The position numbers were made by a program, and so were the translations under genes. The notes under the pieces were generated by a model. The model did not search any database. It saw nothing but the letters and a program-made list of their open reading frames with translations, and was not told the DNA's origin. Below are positions 1 to 7,617 of a DNA stretch of 64,000 bases, piece after piece; the stretch's first letter is position 1, and each line of letters opens with the position of its first letter. The DNA is from an uncultured Bacteroidia bacterium (GTDB lineage Bacteria > Bacteroidota > Bacteroidia > J057 > CALLMJ01): contig CAZBPK010000146.1 in assembly GCA_964493765.1 (NCBI GenBank), positions 200 to 64,199 of the forward strand, written 5' to 3'.

Positions 1-336
1 TTTATCAAATTATTTCGTTTAGCGGAGTATGGCGCAATGGATAAAGAAAAACAAAATGAATATTTAGATAGTCTTATGAAATACAACGAATTAAAAAATA
101 CCATTGATACTTACAAAGAAGAAGTAGAAATAGCAAAAAAAGAATTGGAGAAAAAAGAAAAAGAATTACGAGAAGAGCGAGAAAGAGCAGAACAAGAGCG
201 GGAAAGAGCAGAACAGGAAAGAATAAGAGCTGTTAGAATACTTTATTCAGTGGGTGTAAGTAAGCAGGAAATTGCTAATAAAACGGGTTATGATTTGGAT
301 TTTGTAAATAAAGTAATTAATGATTTGAAAGTATGA
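1..336 (+). CDS. 3' end of a coiled-coil protein with an HTH-like tail, 5'-truncated by the window edge (possibly the C-terminus of an Rpn/YhgA-like PD-(D/E)XK nuclease family protein)
   Basis: The frame is open from base 1 (FIKLFRLAEYGAMDKEKQNEY...), so the ATG at 37 is probably internal. An E/R/K-rich coiled coil with an ERERAEQ x2 tandem is followed by GVSKQEIANKTGYDLDFVNKVI. The stop overlaps the ispH start (ATGA at 333-336). Confidence 0.4.
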   Translation, partial: FIKLFRLAEYGAMDKEKQNEYLDSLMKYNELKNTIDTYKEEVEIAKKELEKKEKELREERERAEQERERAEQERIRAVRILYSVGVSKQEIANKTGYDLDFVNKVINDLKV

Positions 337-1202
337 GTTTAAGTGTTACTATTGACCAACAATCTGGATTTTGCTTTGGGGTAGTATATGCTATTCAAAT
401 GGCTGAAGATTTTTTAGAAAATCATGAAACTCTTTATTGCTTAGGGGATATCGTTCATAATGATTTAGAAGTTAATAGATTAAAAGCCAAAGGCTTACAA
501 ATAATTAATCATGATGATTTAATGAATTTAAAGAATACTTCTGTTCTAATAAGAGCACATGGAGAACCTCCTTCTACATACCAAATTGCTTTAGAAAATA
601 ATATAGAATTAATTGACGCATCTTGTCCTGTAGTATTAAAATTACAAAACCGAGTTCGTAACGCTTATGATTCGGATACTCAAATTATTATTTTTGGAAA
701 ACCTGGACATGCAGAAGTGAATGGTTTGCTTGGTCAAACTCAAAATCATGCTATTGTGATTACAAGTATTGAAGATTTAGATTCTGCTAACATTGATTAC
801 TCAAAACCTATTCAATTCTTTAGTCAAACTACAAAAAGTACTGCGAAATTCTATCAAATTAAACAGGAAATTGAAAAAAGAATTCAAAATGCATTCAAAG
901 CTAATGATACCATTTGTAGGCAAGTATCCAATCGAGAACCTCAACTAGACAAATTTGCAAAGAATTTTGATGTAATAATTTTTATTGCAGGGAAGAAAAG
1001 TTCCAATGGAAAAGTTTTATATGAAGTTTGCAAACAAGCCAACCCAAAATCGTATTTTATTAGTTCAATTGAAGAAATTGATATAAATTGGTTTGAAGGA
1101 GCTAATACAGTAGGCGTTTGCGGTGCAACTTCTACTCCAATGTGGCAAATGGAAGAAGCAAAAAAATGGATAGAAAGTCAATTCCCTTCTTCAAACAATT
1201 AG
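333..1202 (+). CDS. ispH: 4-hydroxy-3-methylbut-2-enyl diphosphate reductase
   Basis: 289 aa. The N-terminus GFCFGVVYAI, HNDLEVNRL, DASCPVVLK, FFSQTT and ICRQVSNRE with three conserved Cys contexts are typical of IspH/LytB. Confidence 0.93.
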   Translation: MSLSVTIDQQSGFCFGVVYAIQMAEDFLENHETLYCLGDIVHNDLEVNRLKAKGLQIINHDDLMNLKNTSVLIRAHGEPPSTYQIALENNIELIDASCPVVLKLQNRVRNAYDSDTQIIIFGKPGHAEVNGLLGQTQNHAIVITSIEDLDSANIDYSKPIQFFSQTTKSTAKFYQIKQEIEKRIQNAFKANDTICRQVSNREPQLDKFAKNFDVIIFIAGKKSSNGKVLYEVCKQANPKSYFISSIEEIDINWFEGANTVGVCGATSTPMWQMEEAKKWIESQFPSSNN

Positions 1203-2443
1203 TAAGTCCTAATTTACTTTTAATTTTTTGGATTTTTTCTATCATTTTCCATGGATTAAGTTATTTCATGGTAGTAAGGAACCAACAGTATTTACTGAAT
1301 GATTCTGTAATTTATTTGACAATGGCTCAAAATTTTCAAAACTATGGTATAATTTCGCAATCTTTTTTTGAACCTATATTACCGGATTTTCAACGAAGCC
1401 CATTATATCCAATATTTTTATCAGTCTTTTCCACGAAAATAATTTTAGCTTTGCAACATTTTTTCATACTTTTATCAGGCTTTTTTATTCAAAAACTTTC
1501 TAATAAATTCCATGACAAATTTTCATTTTTTAATTATTTAGGAGTAATATTTACTTTAAGTCCATATTCTTTGAATTTACCTTCTTTGATTATGTCAGAA
1601 AGTCTCTTTGTATTGTTTTTGACATGGTCATGTATATTTTTTATCAATTTTATTCAAAGTTCAAAATGGAATGATTTGATTTATACTGCGATTTTTGTTG
1701 TGATTAGTGCTTATATAAGGGCATCTATTTTGCCATTTATACTTTGGTTCATTATTACTATTTTTATTTACCATAAAAACTCTTGGAAAACCGCATTCTT
1801 TTCATTATTGATTTTATTAGGGATTTTTCCTTGGATGTTCAGAAATTTTACTTACACTCATCAATGGTTTTTTACTTCTGCTTCTCAAATAAGTACTTCT
1901 TACGGACGAATCGGAGGGAGCACTTTAGCTTTTGATAAAAATTTTAATAATGACTCTTACCTTAAAGTAAATGCTGATGAATTTATTCAACAATATCAAT
2001 CTCTGCAATCTATCAAAAAATATTATCAAGAAGTTATCAATGAAGAAAATGAATTCATTCAAGTCCCTTTAACATGGATTTACATAAAACAGCATTTTAT
2101 CATGCCTATTAATGCAATAATGTTTCATTTACGTTGTATTTATCAACAAATGACAGGATTAAGTTACAGAATGAGTTTGTATTTATATCAAAATCAGTAT
2201 TTTGCAATTTTTATGGCTTTTCTACAAGCAGCATTTATATTTGCAATTTATGGCTTATTTTCCTATTTAGGATTCAAAACATCCGATAAAAAACTATGGA
2301 TTTTATGGTTATTAGGTTTACTTTTTTGGTTATTTATACATAATGCGGCATGGGCTGATGGTCGTTATCGTTATATTACAGATTTATGGTGCATTTTAGG
2401 AATTATTGTACTCAATCAAAGAAATATTCAAAATAATCCATAA
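1166..2443 (+). CDS. polytopic membrane protein, GT-C (ArnT/PMT-like) glycosyltransferase-like
   Basis: Many hydrophobic segments and an N-terminal region resembling family-39 glycosyltransferases. The start was moved to the ATG at 1166 because the listed 1118 start overlaps the ispH 3' end by 85 nt. Confidence 0.5.
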   Translation: MDRKSIPFFKQLVSPNLLLIFWIFSIIFHGLSYFMVVRNQQYLLNDSVIYLTMAQNFQNYGIISQSFFEPILPDFQRSPLYPIFLSVFSTKIILALQHFFILLSGFFIQKLSNKFHDKFSFFNYLGVIFTLSPYSLNLPSLIMSESLFVLFLTWSCIFFINFIQSSKWNDLIYTAIFVVISAYIRASILPFILWFIITIFIYHKNSWKTAFFSLLILLGIFPWMFRNFTYTHQWFFTSASQISTSYGRIGGSTLAFDKNFNNDSYLKVNADEFIQQYQSLQSIKKYYQEVINEENEFIQVPLTWIYIKQHFIMPINAIMFHLRCIYQQMTGLSYRMSLYLYQNQYFAIFMAFLQAAFIFAIYGLFSYLGFKTSDKKLWILWLLGLLFWLFIHNAAWADGRYRYITDLWCILGIIVLNQRNIQNNP

Positions 2444-2447
2444 TATT

Positions 2448-3524
2448 TTACATATTACTCCAAATTTTTATACCATTCTCATTAACCACAACAGAAGTTT
2501 TATTTTCATAGAAAAATAACCAATAACCACAATGAAATTTTATAAAATCAGTAAATTCTGGTTTGATTATCCATTCTTGTTTTTCATTCATTATGCCCCA
2601 AAGGTTTTTGCTTCGTACTAATAACAAAGAATTTTCAAAAAATTGTATTTCATCAAATTCTAATGGAATTAAAATTTTACCAGAAGATTTTATGACCCCC
2701 CATTTACCTTTAAATTGTACTATTGCCTTACCTTTTTCAAAGGGATATATAAAATCATACATATAGGGAATTACCAATTGGTTGCTTTTGTTGATAGACC
2801 CCCAGCGGTTATTTCTTTCTACAGGAGCAAGCCCTTCTTGAAAATTCTGGGCATTTATAAACTCTTTTTGGGTTACCCAATTCCCTTTTTCATCAATAAA
2901 GCCATATAGCTCATCTTTCTTGACACAGGCAAGTTTTTCAGAAAAAAAGTTTGCTTCTTCAAATTTTTCAGAAATTCTTTTTTTGTGAGTGGTATCTACA
3001 AAATAATATCCATTATCTTCCAAAATAATTATATCTTTTCCGTTGGTTAAAACCTCGTCGTAAACCGGAGGAATTTTCCATTCTTTTTGGTAGTTCAAAA
3101 TGCCTTGTTTAGTATTCAGTTCTATATGAATAAAGTTAGAAAATGCTTGGTGAATAGTATCCACTTCAAAATAAACTTTTGATGAATCTTGCCAATACTT
3201 TAAAACATATTTTTTATTTTCTTGAACCAAATACTTTTGGGCATCAATCCAATAAATTACGGAGAAATTAGGTTCAGTGATTTCTTGAAAAGAAGAGTCT
3301 AAAATTCCGTATTTCAAGCCTTTACGATAAATCCAAAATTGATGATTATAGTTTTTGATATAGTCATATTTAGGTGGGAGAGTTTCCTTCAAACTATCAT
3401 TTAACAAACCCCATTTGTTAAATTCAATGTAAGGAAGGTAACATTGAGCGTTTAGTTTAGCATAACTGAATAATGAAACAATTGTTATTAGTAAATTTAA
3501 AAAAATTAATAATTTTGATTTCAT
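2448..3524 (-). CDS. secreted WG-repeat (KWG-type) protein
   Basis: Signal peptide MKSKLLIFLNLLITIVSLFSYAKLNAQ. Recurring motifs include KWGLLN, KYGILD, LYGFIDEKGNWV, RWGSINKSNQLVIPYMYD, KWGVIKSSGKILIPLEFD and LWGIMNEKQEWIIKPEF. Confidence 0.7.
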   Translation of the reverse strand: MKSKLLIFLNLLITIVSLFSYAKLNAQCYLPYIEFNKWGLLNDSLKETLPPKYDYIKNYNHQFWIYRKGLKYGILDSSFQEITEPNFSVIYWIDAQKYLVQENKKYVLKYWQDSSKVYFEVDTIHQAFSNFIHIELNTKQGILNYQKEWKIPPVYDEVLTNGKDIIILEDNGYYFVDTTHKKRISEKFEEANFFSEKLACVKKDELYGFIDEKGNWVTQKEFINAQNFQEGLAPVERNNRWGSINKSNQLVIPYMYDFIYPFEKGKAIVQFKGKWGVIKSSGKILIPLEFDEIQFFENSLLLVRSKNLWGIMNEKQEWIIKPEFTDFIKFHCGYWLFFYENKTSVVVNENGIKIWSNM

Positions 3525-3536
3525 CTGCTTTCTAAT

Positions 3537-5528
3537 TTATTCAACAAAAACTTCTACTTCCACTCTTCTATTTTTGGCTCGATTTTGAGGAGTATCTTCA
3601 GGGAATGCTAGTTGGCTTTCTCCTAAACCCTCAGTTTTAATCCTTTCTGATGAAATTTTATATTTGCTTACCAAAAATTCTTTAACCTTATTAGCTCTTT
3701 GTAAGGATAATTTTAAATTAAAGTCTTCAGGACCCGAAGAATCTGTATGACCAGTTAATTTTAACTTGATAATGGAATTAGACTGCAAATCTTTAGCGAA
3801 TTTTTCTAGAATGAGCTGTGATGGTTTATCAATGATGGAGCTTCCAAATTCAAAATAAATTTTATCTTTTTCAGTGATGATTTTATCAAAAACTACTTCA
3901 TTTATTTCATTGTTATTCAAAGAATTTTGTGTTGCAAGGGATTGATTTTCTAAAGAATTCTGAGAAACTACTTTTGAAGTATCAATTGAAACGTAATTAT
4001 TAGGGAAAATAGTATCGTTTGGAGTTTTAATTTCTGGTAGAGGAATAATGTTATGGTCAGGGTCTATCAAATCATAAACAGGACCAAAAGGCTGTAACCA
4101 AAAATCTTCTAATTTTTTTTCAATTTCTGAACCCTTTACATCTTCTGAATTCATTAAAAATCCAACAATGGGGTTTGGAATATTAATAGACTTTTGAAAA
4201 AATGATTGTAAGTCTTCAATAGTGATGGCTTCTAAGGTATCTAGATAATGTAAATAATCCAAACTTTGAAACATAAAAAAAGACTGTGAAATTTTATGTA
4301 GAATTAGCCAAGGAGTTTGATTTTGAATGAAATAATCAGTTTTTAAAAGGGTTTTCGCTAACTCTAAATCCCTAGAATTAATCCAGTTAGCGTGATATGC
4401 GTAAACTTGGAAATGCCTAATAAAATCCATAGCATAATCCAATTTTTCACGTTTGATAGCAATTGAAAATAAAAACTCAGAAAACAAAATAGAAGGTCTA
4501 TAATTACATAAAAGTTGATATCCTAAATCGTTTTTATAGAAAAATTTACCAATTTGTGAATATTTTGAATTAAAAATCTGTGCAATCAAATTTCCGATAA
4601 TATAATTCTTAAAGTTTAAAGAGTCCTGAAAAGGAAAAGATACAGCTACGATAGGAACTTGAGTTTTTTCAGAAGTGATTTTGAAGGCAGAAGCATTGTG
4701 TTTTAAATCAAATTTTAAACTATCTTTTACAGAGAAAGTTTTAGAATTACTCCAATCCGAAAATAAAGAGTCAGACCAATGCATAATGGTAGAAAAATCA
4801 TAAGAACTACTTATTGATAAAACAGTATTTTGAGGAGAAAAATATTGATTTTTAAAATCTTTAAGCTGTTGAAGATCAATTTTTTGAATATTATAATAAT
4901 CAGCTGCAATGGTTTGCCTACTAACATCCTTTTGACCTAAAACTTTTAACATCATTTCACGATACAAGAACCATGAGGGTGTTTGTTCTGATTGTTGAAT
5001 TTGCTTAGCTAATAATATTTTTTCTCTTTGAAATTCTAAATCAATCCATTTTGGATAAAACCAACAATCTTTTAAAAGAATCAAACCATCTCTTAAATAT
5101 TTATTGGGAACCACCCATTGAAAATGAATAGATTCTGTTAAAATTTCAGATTCATTTGATAATCCAATATCACTAATACGATTTTGAAATTGAATGGGAG
5201 AATTATCTTTTTGAGTAGTTCTTAAGAAGAATTTATCCAATAAAGCTAACATTCCTTCAAATTCTGCTTTTTGAACAATAGTACCTGGAAATAATGACCA
5301 TTCAATAGTTGCCAATGGGCTATTAGGATTTTTTAAATAAACAACTTTTAAATCATTGGATAAAATCCCAGTTTGAATAGAATAATCTAAATTTTTTAAA
5401 GTTGTTGAATCTTCCCATTGAGCGTATAGAACACAAAAAGGAAAACCACAAATTAAAAAAAATAAAAACTTTACGGTTTTTTTAAATATTCTAACATTGA
5501 TTGATTTTGAAGTTCTGATTGGATCCAT
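3537..5528 (-). CDS. M16 (pitrilysin)-like domain lacking HxxEH, fused to a C-terminal OmpA-family peptidoglycan-binding domain
   Basis: Signal peptide ...FPFCVLYAQ. The N-terminal ~450 aa resemble the M16 fold (LKVVYLKNPNSPLATIEWSL...). The C-terminus LTGHTDSSGPEDFNLKLSLQRANKVKEFL...NRAKNRRVEVEVF is a canonical OmpA_C. Confidence 0.7.
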   Translation of the reverse strand: MDPIRTSKSINVRIFKKTVKFLFFLICGFPFCVLYAQWEDSTTLKNLDYSIQTGILSNDLKVVYLKNPNSPLATIEWSLFPGTIVQKAEFEGMLALLDKFFLRTTQKDNSPIQFQNRISDIGLSNESEILTESIHFQWVVPNKYLRDGLILLKDCWFYPKWIDLEFQREKILLAKQIQQSEQTPSWFLYREMMLKVLGQKDVSRQTIAADYYNIQKIDLQQLKDFKNQYFSPQNTVLSISSSYDFSTIMHWSDSLFSDWSNSKTFSVKDSLKFDLKHNASAFKITSEKTQVPIVAVSFPFQDSLNFKNYIIGNLIAQIFNSKYSQIGKFFYKNDLGYQLLCNYRPSILFSEFLFSIAIKREKLDYAMDFIRHFQVYAYHANWINSRDLELAKTLLKTDYFIQNQTPWLILHKISQSFFMFQSLDYLHYLDTLEAITIEDLQSFFQKSINIPNPIVGFLMNSEDVKGSEIEKKLEDFWLQPFGPVYDLIDPDHNIIPLPEIKTPNDTIFPNNYVSIDTSKVVSQNSLENQSLATQNSLNNNEINEVVFDKIITEKDKIYFEFGSSIIDKPSQLILEKFAKDLQSNSIIKLKLTGHTDSSGPEDFNLKLSLQRANKVKEFLVSKYKISSERIKTEGLGESQLAFPEDTPQNRAKNRRVEVEVFVE

Positions 5529-6931
5529 GTAGAAATGTCAAAATTTTGTAATTCCATAAAATGGTTTTGGGAATCTATAAACTGGTTTAAAGTACTTAAA
5601 TCAGCCTCTAAAAACCAAGGTTTTAAAGCATTTAAGAATTGAATAAGATTCTGATAACCCGATTTTTGATTCAACCATTGAAGAAATAAATCAAATTTAT
5701 AAGGTATTTTATCAACATCTTTTAGTTTTACATTGGAAATTAAACTTAACCAAAAAATAAAAGGTTGATGATAGTCAGAATTTTCAAAGGATTTCCCTCT
5801 AATAAGCTCTAAATATTCTAAAACTTTTAAATAATTTCCTACACCAAAATAAGAATAAGCAATTTGAATCCAAATATTTAAAAGGATATGACTGGGAAAA
5901 ATAGATTGATAATCTGAATTTTTAGAAGTAAAGTTTTCAAAATACGCTACAGACTGGTCATATTTTCCCATGGAATTGTAAATATACAACAATTTATATA
6001 CGTAATTAGCGTCAAAATCTTCTTTTAAAGCCTTAATCTTATGAGTTTTTAGAGAATCATAAATTGATTTAGCACTCAAAATGGTTTGTAAGGCTTCAGG
6101 GAAAAATTTTAATTGGATAGCTGTATCAATTTGGATAGCCAAAAGTAAAAAATATCTTGTGGGTTTTTCTGCAATGAGTTCTTTATTTTTTAAAAAAAGT
6201 TTTTCTGCTTCCTTTAAGTGTTCAAAAGATTCGTGAATTTCACCGTGAATTTGAGAAATCAAAGCTTTTATAAATAAAATCAAGCTTTTTGTTGAAATAA
6301 ATTGATTAACAGGATGATTCTCATTGGGAAATTCCAAATTTAATAAAATTTTGGACACAGGATTCTCAAAATAGCGAATTAACTGGTATAAATATGCTTC
6401 TAACTTAGCATCCCAAGTAAAAACTTCAAGAATTTTGGATAATTCCTCTTCAGAATTTTGAAATTCTTCCATCTCAAGTTGAGGATCATAAAATTGAATT
6501 CTAGAAATCCATTGAAGTATTTCTAATATTTGAAGAAACAATTCATATTGATAAGCAGTTTTATAAGCCTTTGATAAGATTTTATAAGCTAAGTTATACT
6601 GTTTTTTTTGAGACAATATTTCAATTTCAACCAAAATATCTTTTAATTCTGATTCTTTAGAAAAACTTTGATGATAACTTCTTAAACTTCTTAAAATATT
6701 TTTGAGCAAATAATTTTTGGAAACATGTAAATGTTGGGCAGTTTTTTGGTCTTTAAAGTGGTCTTTGAGTTTATCTTCGGAATAGGATTTCATTTTGTCC
6801 AGAACATCAAAGATTTGAATACTGACGCTATCTTTTTTATCGGAATGAATGGAGGAATAACGCTTGAAATATCGTTTTTCAGAAGCGTCCATAGATTGAA
6901 TTAATTCATAAATATCATCGTTTTTTTGCAT
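5471..6931 (-). CDS. helical-repeat (TPR-like) protein of unknown function
   Basis: 486 aa with no signal peptide. The N-terminus is IQSMDASEKRYFKRY and the rest is long alpha-helical repeat-like sequence. It overlaps the downstream gene by 58 nt. Confidence 0.5.
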   Translation of the reverse strand: MQKNDDIYELIQSMDASEKRYFKRYSSIHSDKKDSVSIQIFDVLDKMKSYSEDKLKDHFKDQKTAQHLHVSKNYLLKNILRSLRSYHQSFSKESELKDILVEIEILSQKKQYNLAYKILSKAYKTAYQYELFLQILEILQWISRIQFYDPQLEMEEFQNSEEELSKILEVFTWDAKLEAYLYQLIRYFENPVSKILLNLEFPNENHPVNQFISTKSLILFIKALISQIHGEIHESFEHLKEAEKLFLKNKELIAEKPTRYFLLLAIQIDTAIQLKFFPEALQTILSAKSIYDSLKTHKIKALKEDFDANYVYKLLYIYNSMGKYDQSVAYFENFTSKNSDYQSIFPSHILLNIWIQIAYSYFGVGNYLKVLEYLELIRGKSFENSDYHQPFIFWLSLISNVKLKDVDKIPYKFDLFLQWLNQKSGYQNLIQFLNALKPWFLEADLSTLNQFIDSQNHFMELQNFDISTWIQSELQNQSMLEYLKKP

Positions 6932-6950
6932 AATTTTTCAATTTAAAAAT

Positions 6951-7514
6951 TTATTGAGGAAGCTTTGCTGCAATTTTTATGTCAGGAAATAAATCTTCAA
7001 TAAGAGGATTTTTTAAGCCGTTAGAATCAAAGTAATAAAATTTTTTACCTTGGTTTTCACTTAAAATTAAAAGATAAGCACTAGAATTTACGGGTGTTCC
7101 TTCAAAATTCATGGTTAATTTAAATGGTACAATTCCATAAATGATGTTATTGTAAATGGTAAAGTCTTTAGGGTCTTCAATGGTTACTTTATCGATGGTA
7201 AAATTACCCATAGCCTGCATTTCTAGTTGAGTATTTTCAATTAAAGTTTCTTTACCACCAGCCATGTCAATAATTTTGGGGTGCATTAAATCTTTTTTAA
7301 CGGCAATGCTAAAATCATTATTTAACCACCCTTTTTCAAGGGTTTTTAAATCATTTGAGATGATTTTAAGCATTTCAGGAGTGGGTTGAAAAGGTTTGGA
7401 TTTAAGTTTTTGTGCGTTGAGGTTAAGAATAAAAAATGAAAATATGAAAAATGGAATAAATTTGTAAAAGCGTGAGGGATGTGTAGGGCACGAAGTGGCA
7501 CTGCCTTTTTCCAC
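6951..7514 (-). CDS. small secreted protein of unknown function (start uncertain)
   Basis: A signal-peptide-like FYKFIPFFIFSFFILNLNAQ is followed by a ~150 aa mature part. No ATG, TTG or GTG lies between repeat copy A and the signal peptide. The nearest in-frame start is the GTG at 7514, inside the repeat. The listed ATG at 7643 would add about 55 aa translated from the repeat. Confidence 0.5.
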   Translation of the reverse strand: MEKGSATSCPTHPSRFYKFIPFFIFSFFILNLNAQKLKSKPFQPTPEMLKIISNDLKTLEKGWLNNDFSIAVKKDLMHPKIIDMAGGKETLIENTQLEMQAMGNFTIDKVTIEDPKDFTIYNNIIYGIVPFKLTMNFEGTPVNSSAYLLILSENQGKKFYYFDSNGLKNPLIEDLFPDIKIAAKLPQ

Positions 7515-7600
7515 TTTTAAAAAAAGTGGAAAAAGGATTGCCGAAGCGAAAGCGAAGCCCGAAGCAGCCCGACTCTGAGTGTTAGCGAAGAGGCACGCCC
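7470..7600 (+). repeat. GC-rich dispersed repeat, full copy A
   Basis: GCGTGAGGGATGTGTAGGGCACGAAGTGGCACTGCC, then a 15-bp perfect hairpin, then GGATTGCCGAAGCGAAAGCGAAGCCCGAAGCAGCCCGAC...GGCACGCCC. It aligns with copies at 13169, 19284, 44429 and 60733. Confidence 0.9.
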
Positions 7601-7617
7601 TAAAAAATAAAACAAAA

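Noticed and set aside
170-225. 21-nt tandem repeat (GAGCG(A/G)GAAAGAGCAGAACA(A/G) x2)
   Set aside because: It simply encodes the ERERAEQ duplication inside a coiled coil. This is low-complexity coding sequence, not a regulatory repeat.
2563-2909. Short plus-strand ORFs 2563-2766 and 2715-2909
   Set aside because: They are fully nested antisense to the well-supported WG-repeat gene. Other nested antisense ORFs were rejected for the same reason: 8921-9127, 9765-9959, 14167-14370, 18088-18330, 20991-21290, 22547-22735, 23702-23947, 24266-24466, 37053-37262, 38861-39049, 40859-41047, 41699-41938, 43122-43322, 45148-45330, 47725-47907, 52947-53153, 54473-54700, 56361-56612, 59105-59290, 60009-60326 and 61039-61272.
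5471-5528. 58-nt overlap between the helical-repeat gene and the M16-like-OmpA gene as a sign of a frameshifted fusion
   Set aside because: The downstream ORF has its own ATG followed by a complete signal peptide, and the upstream protein ends naturally. The overlap is compatible with two separate genes.
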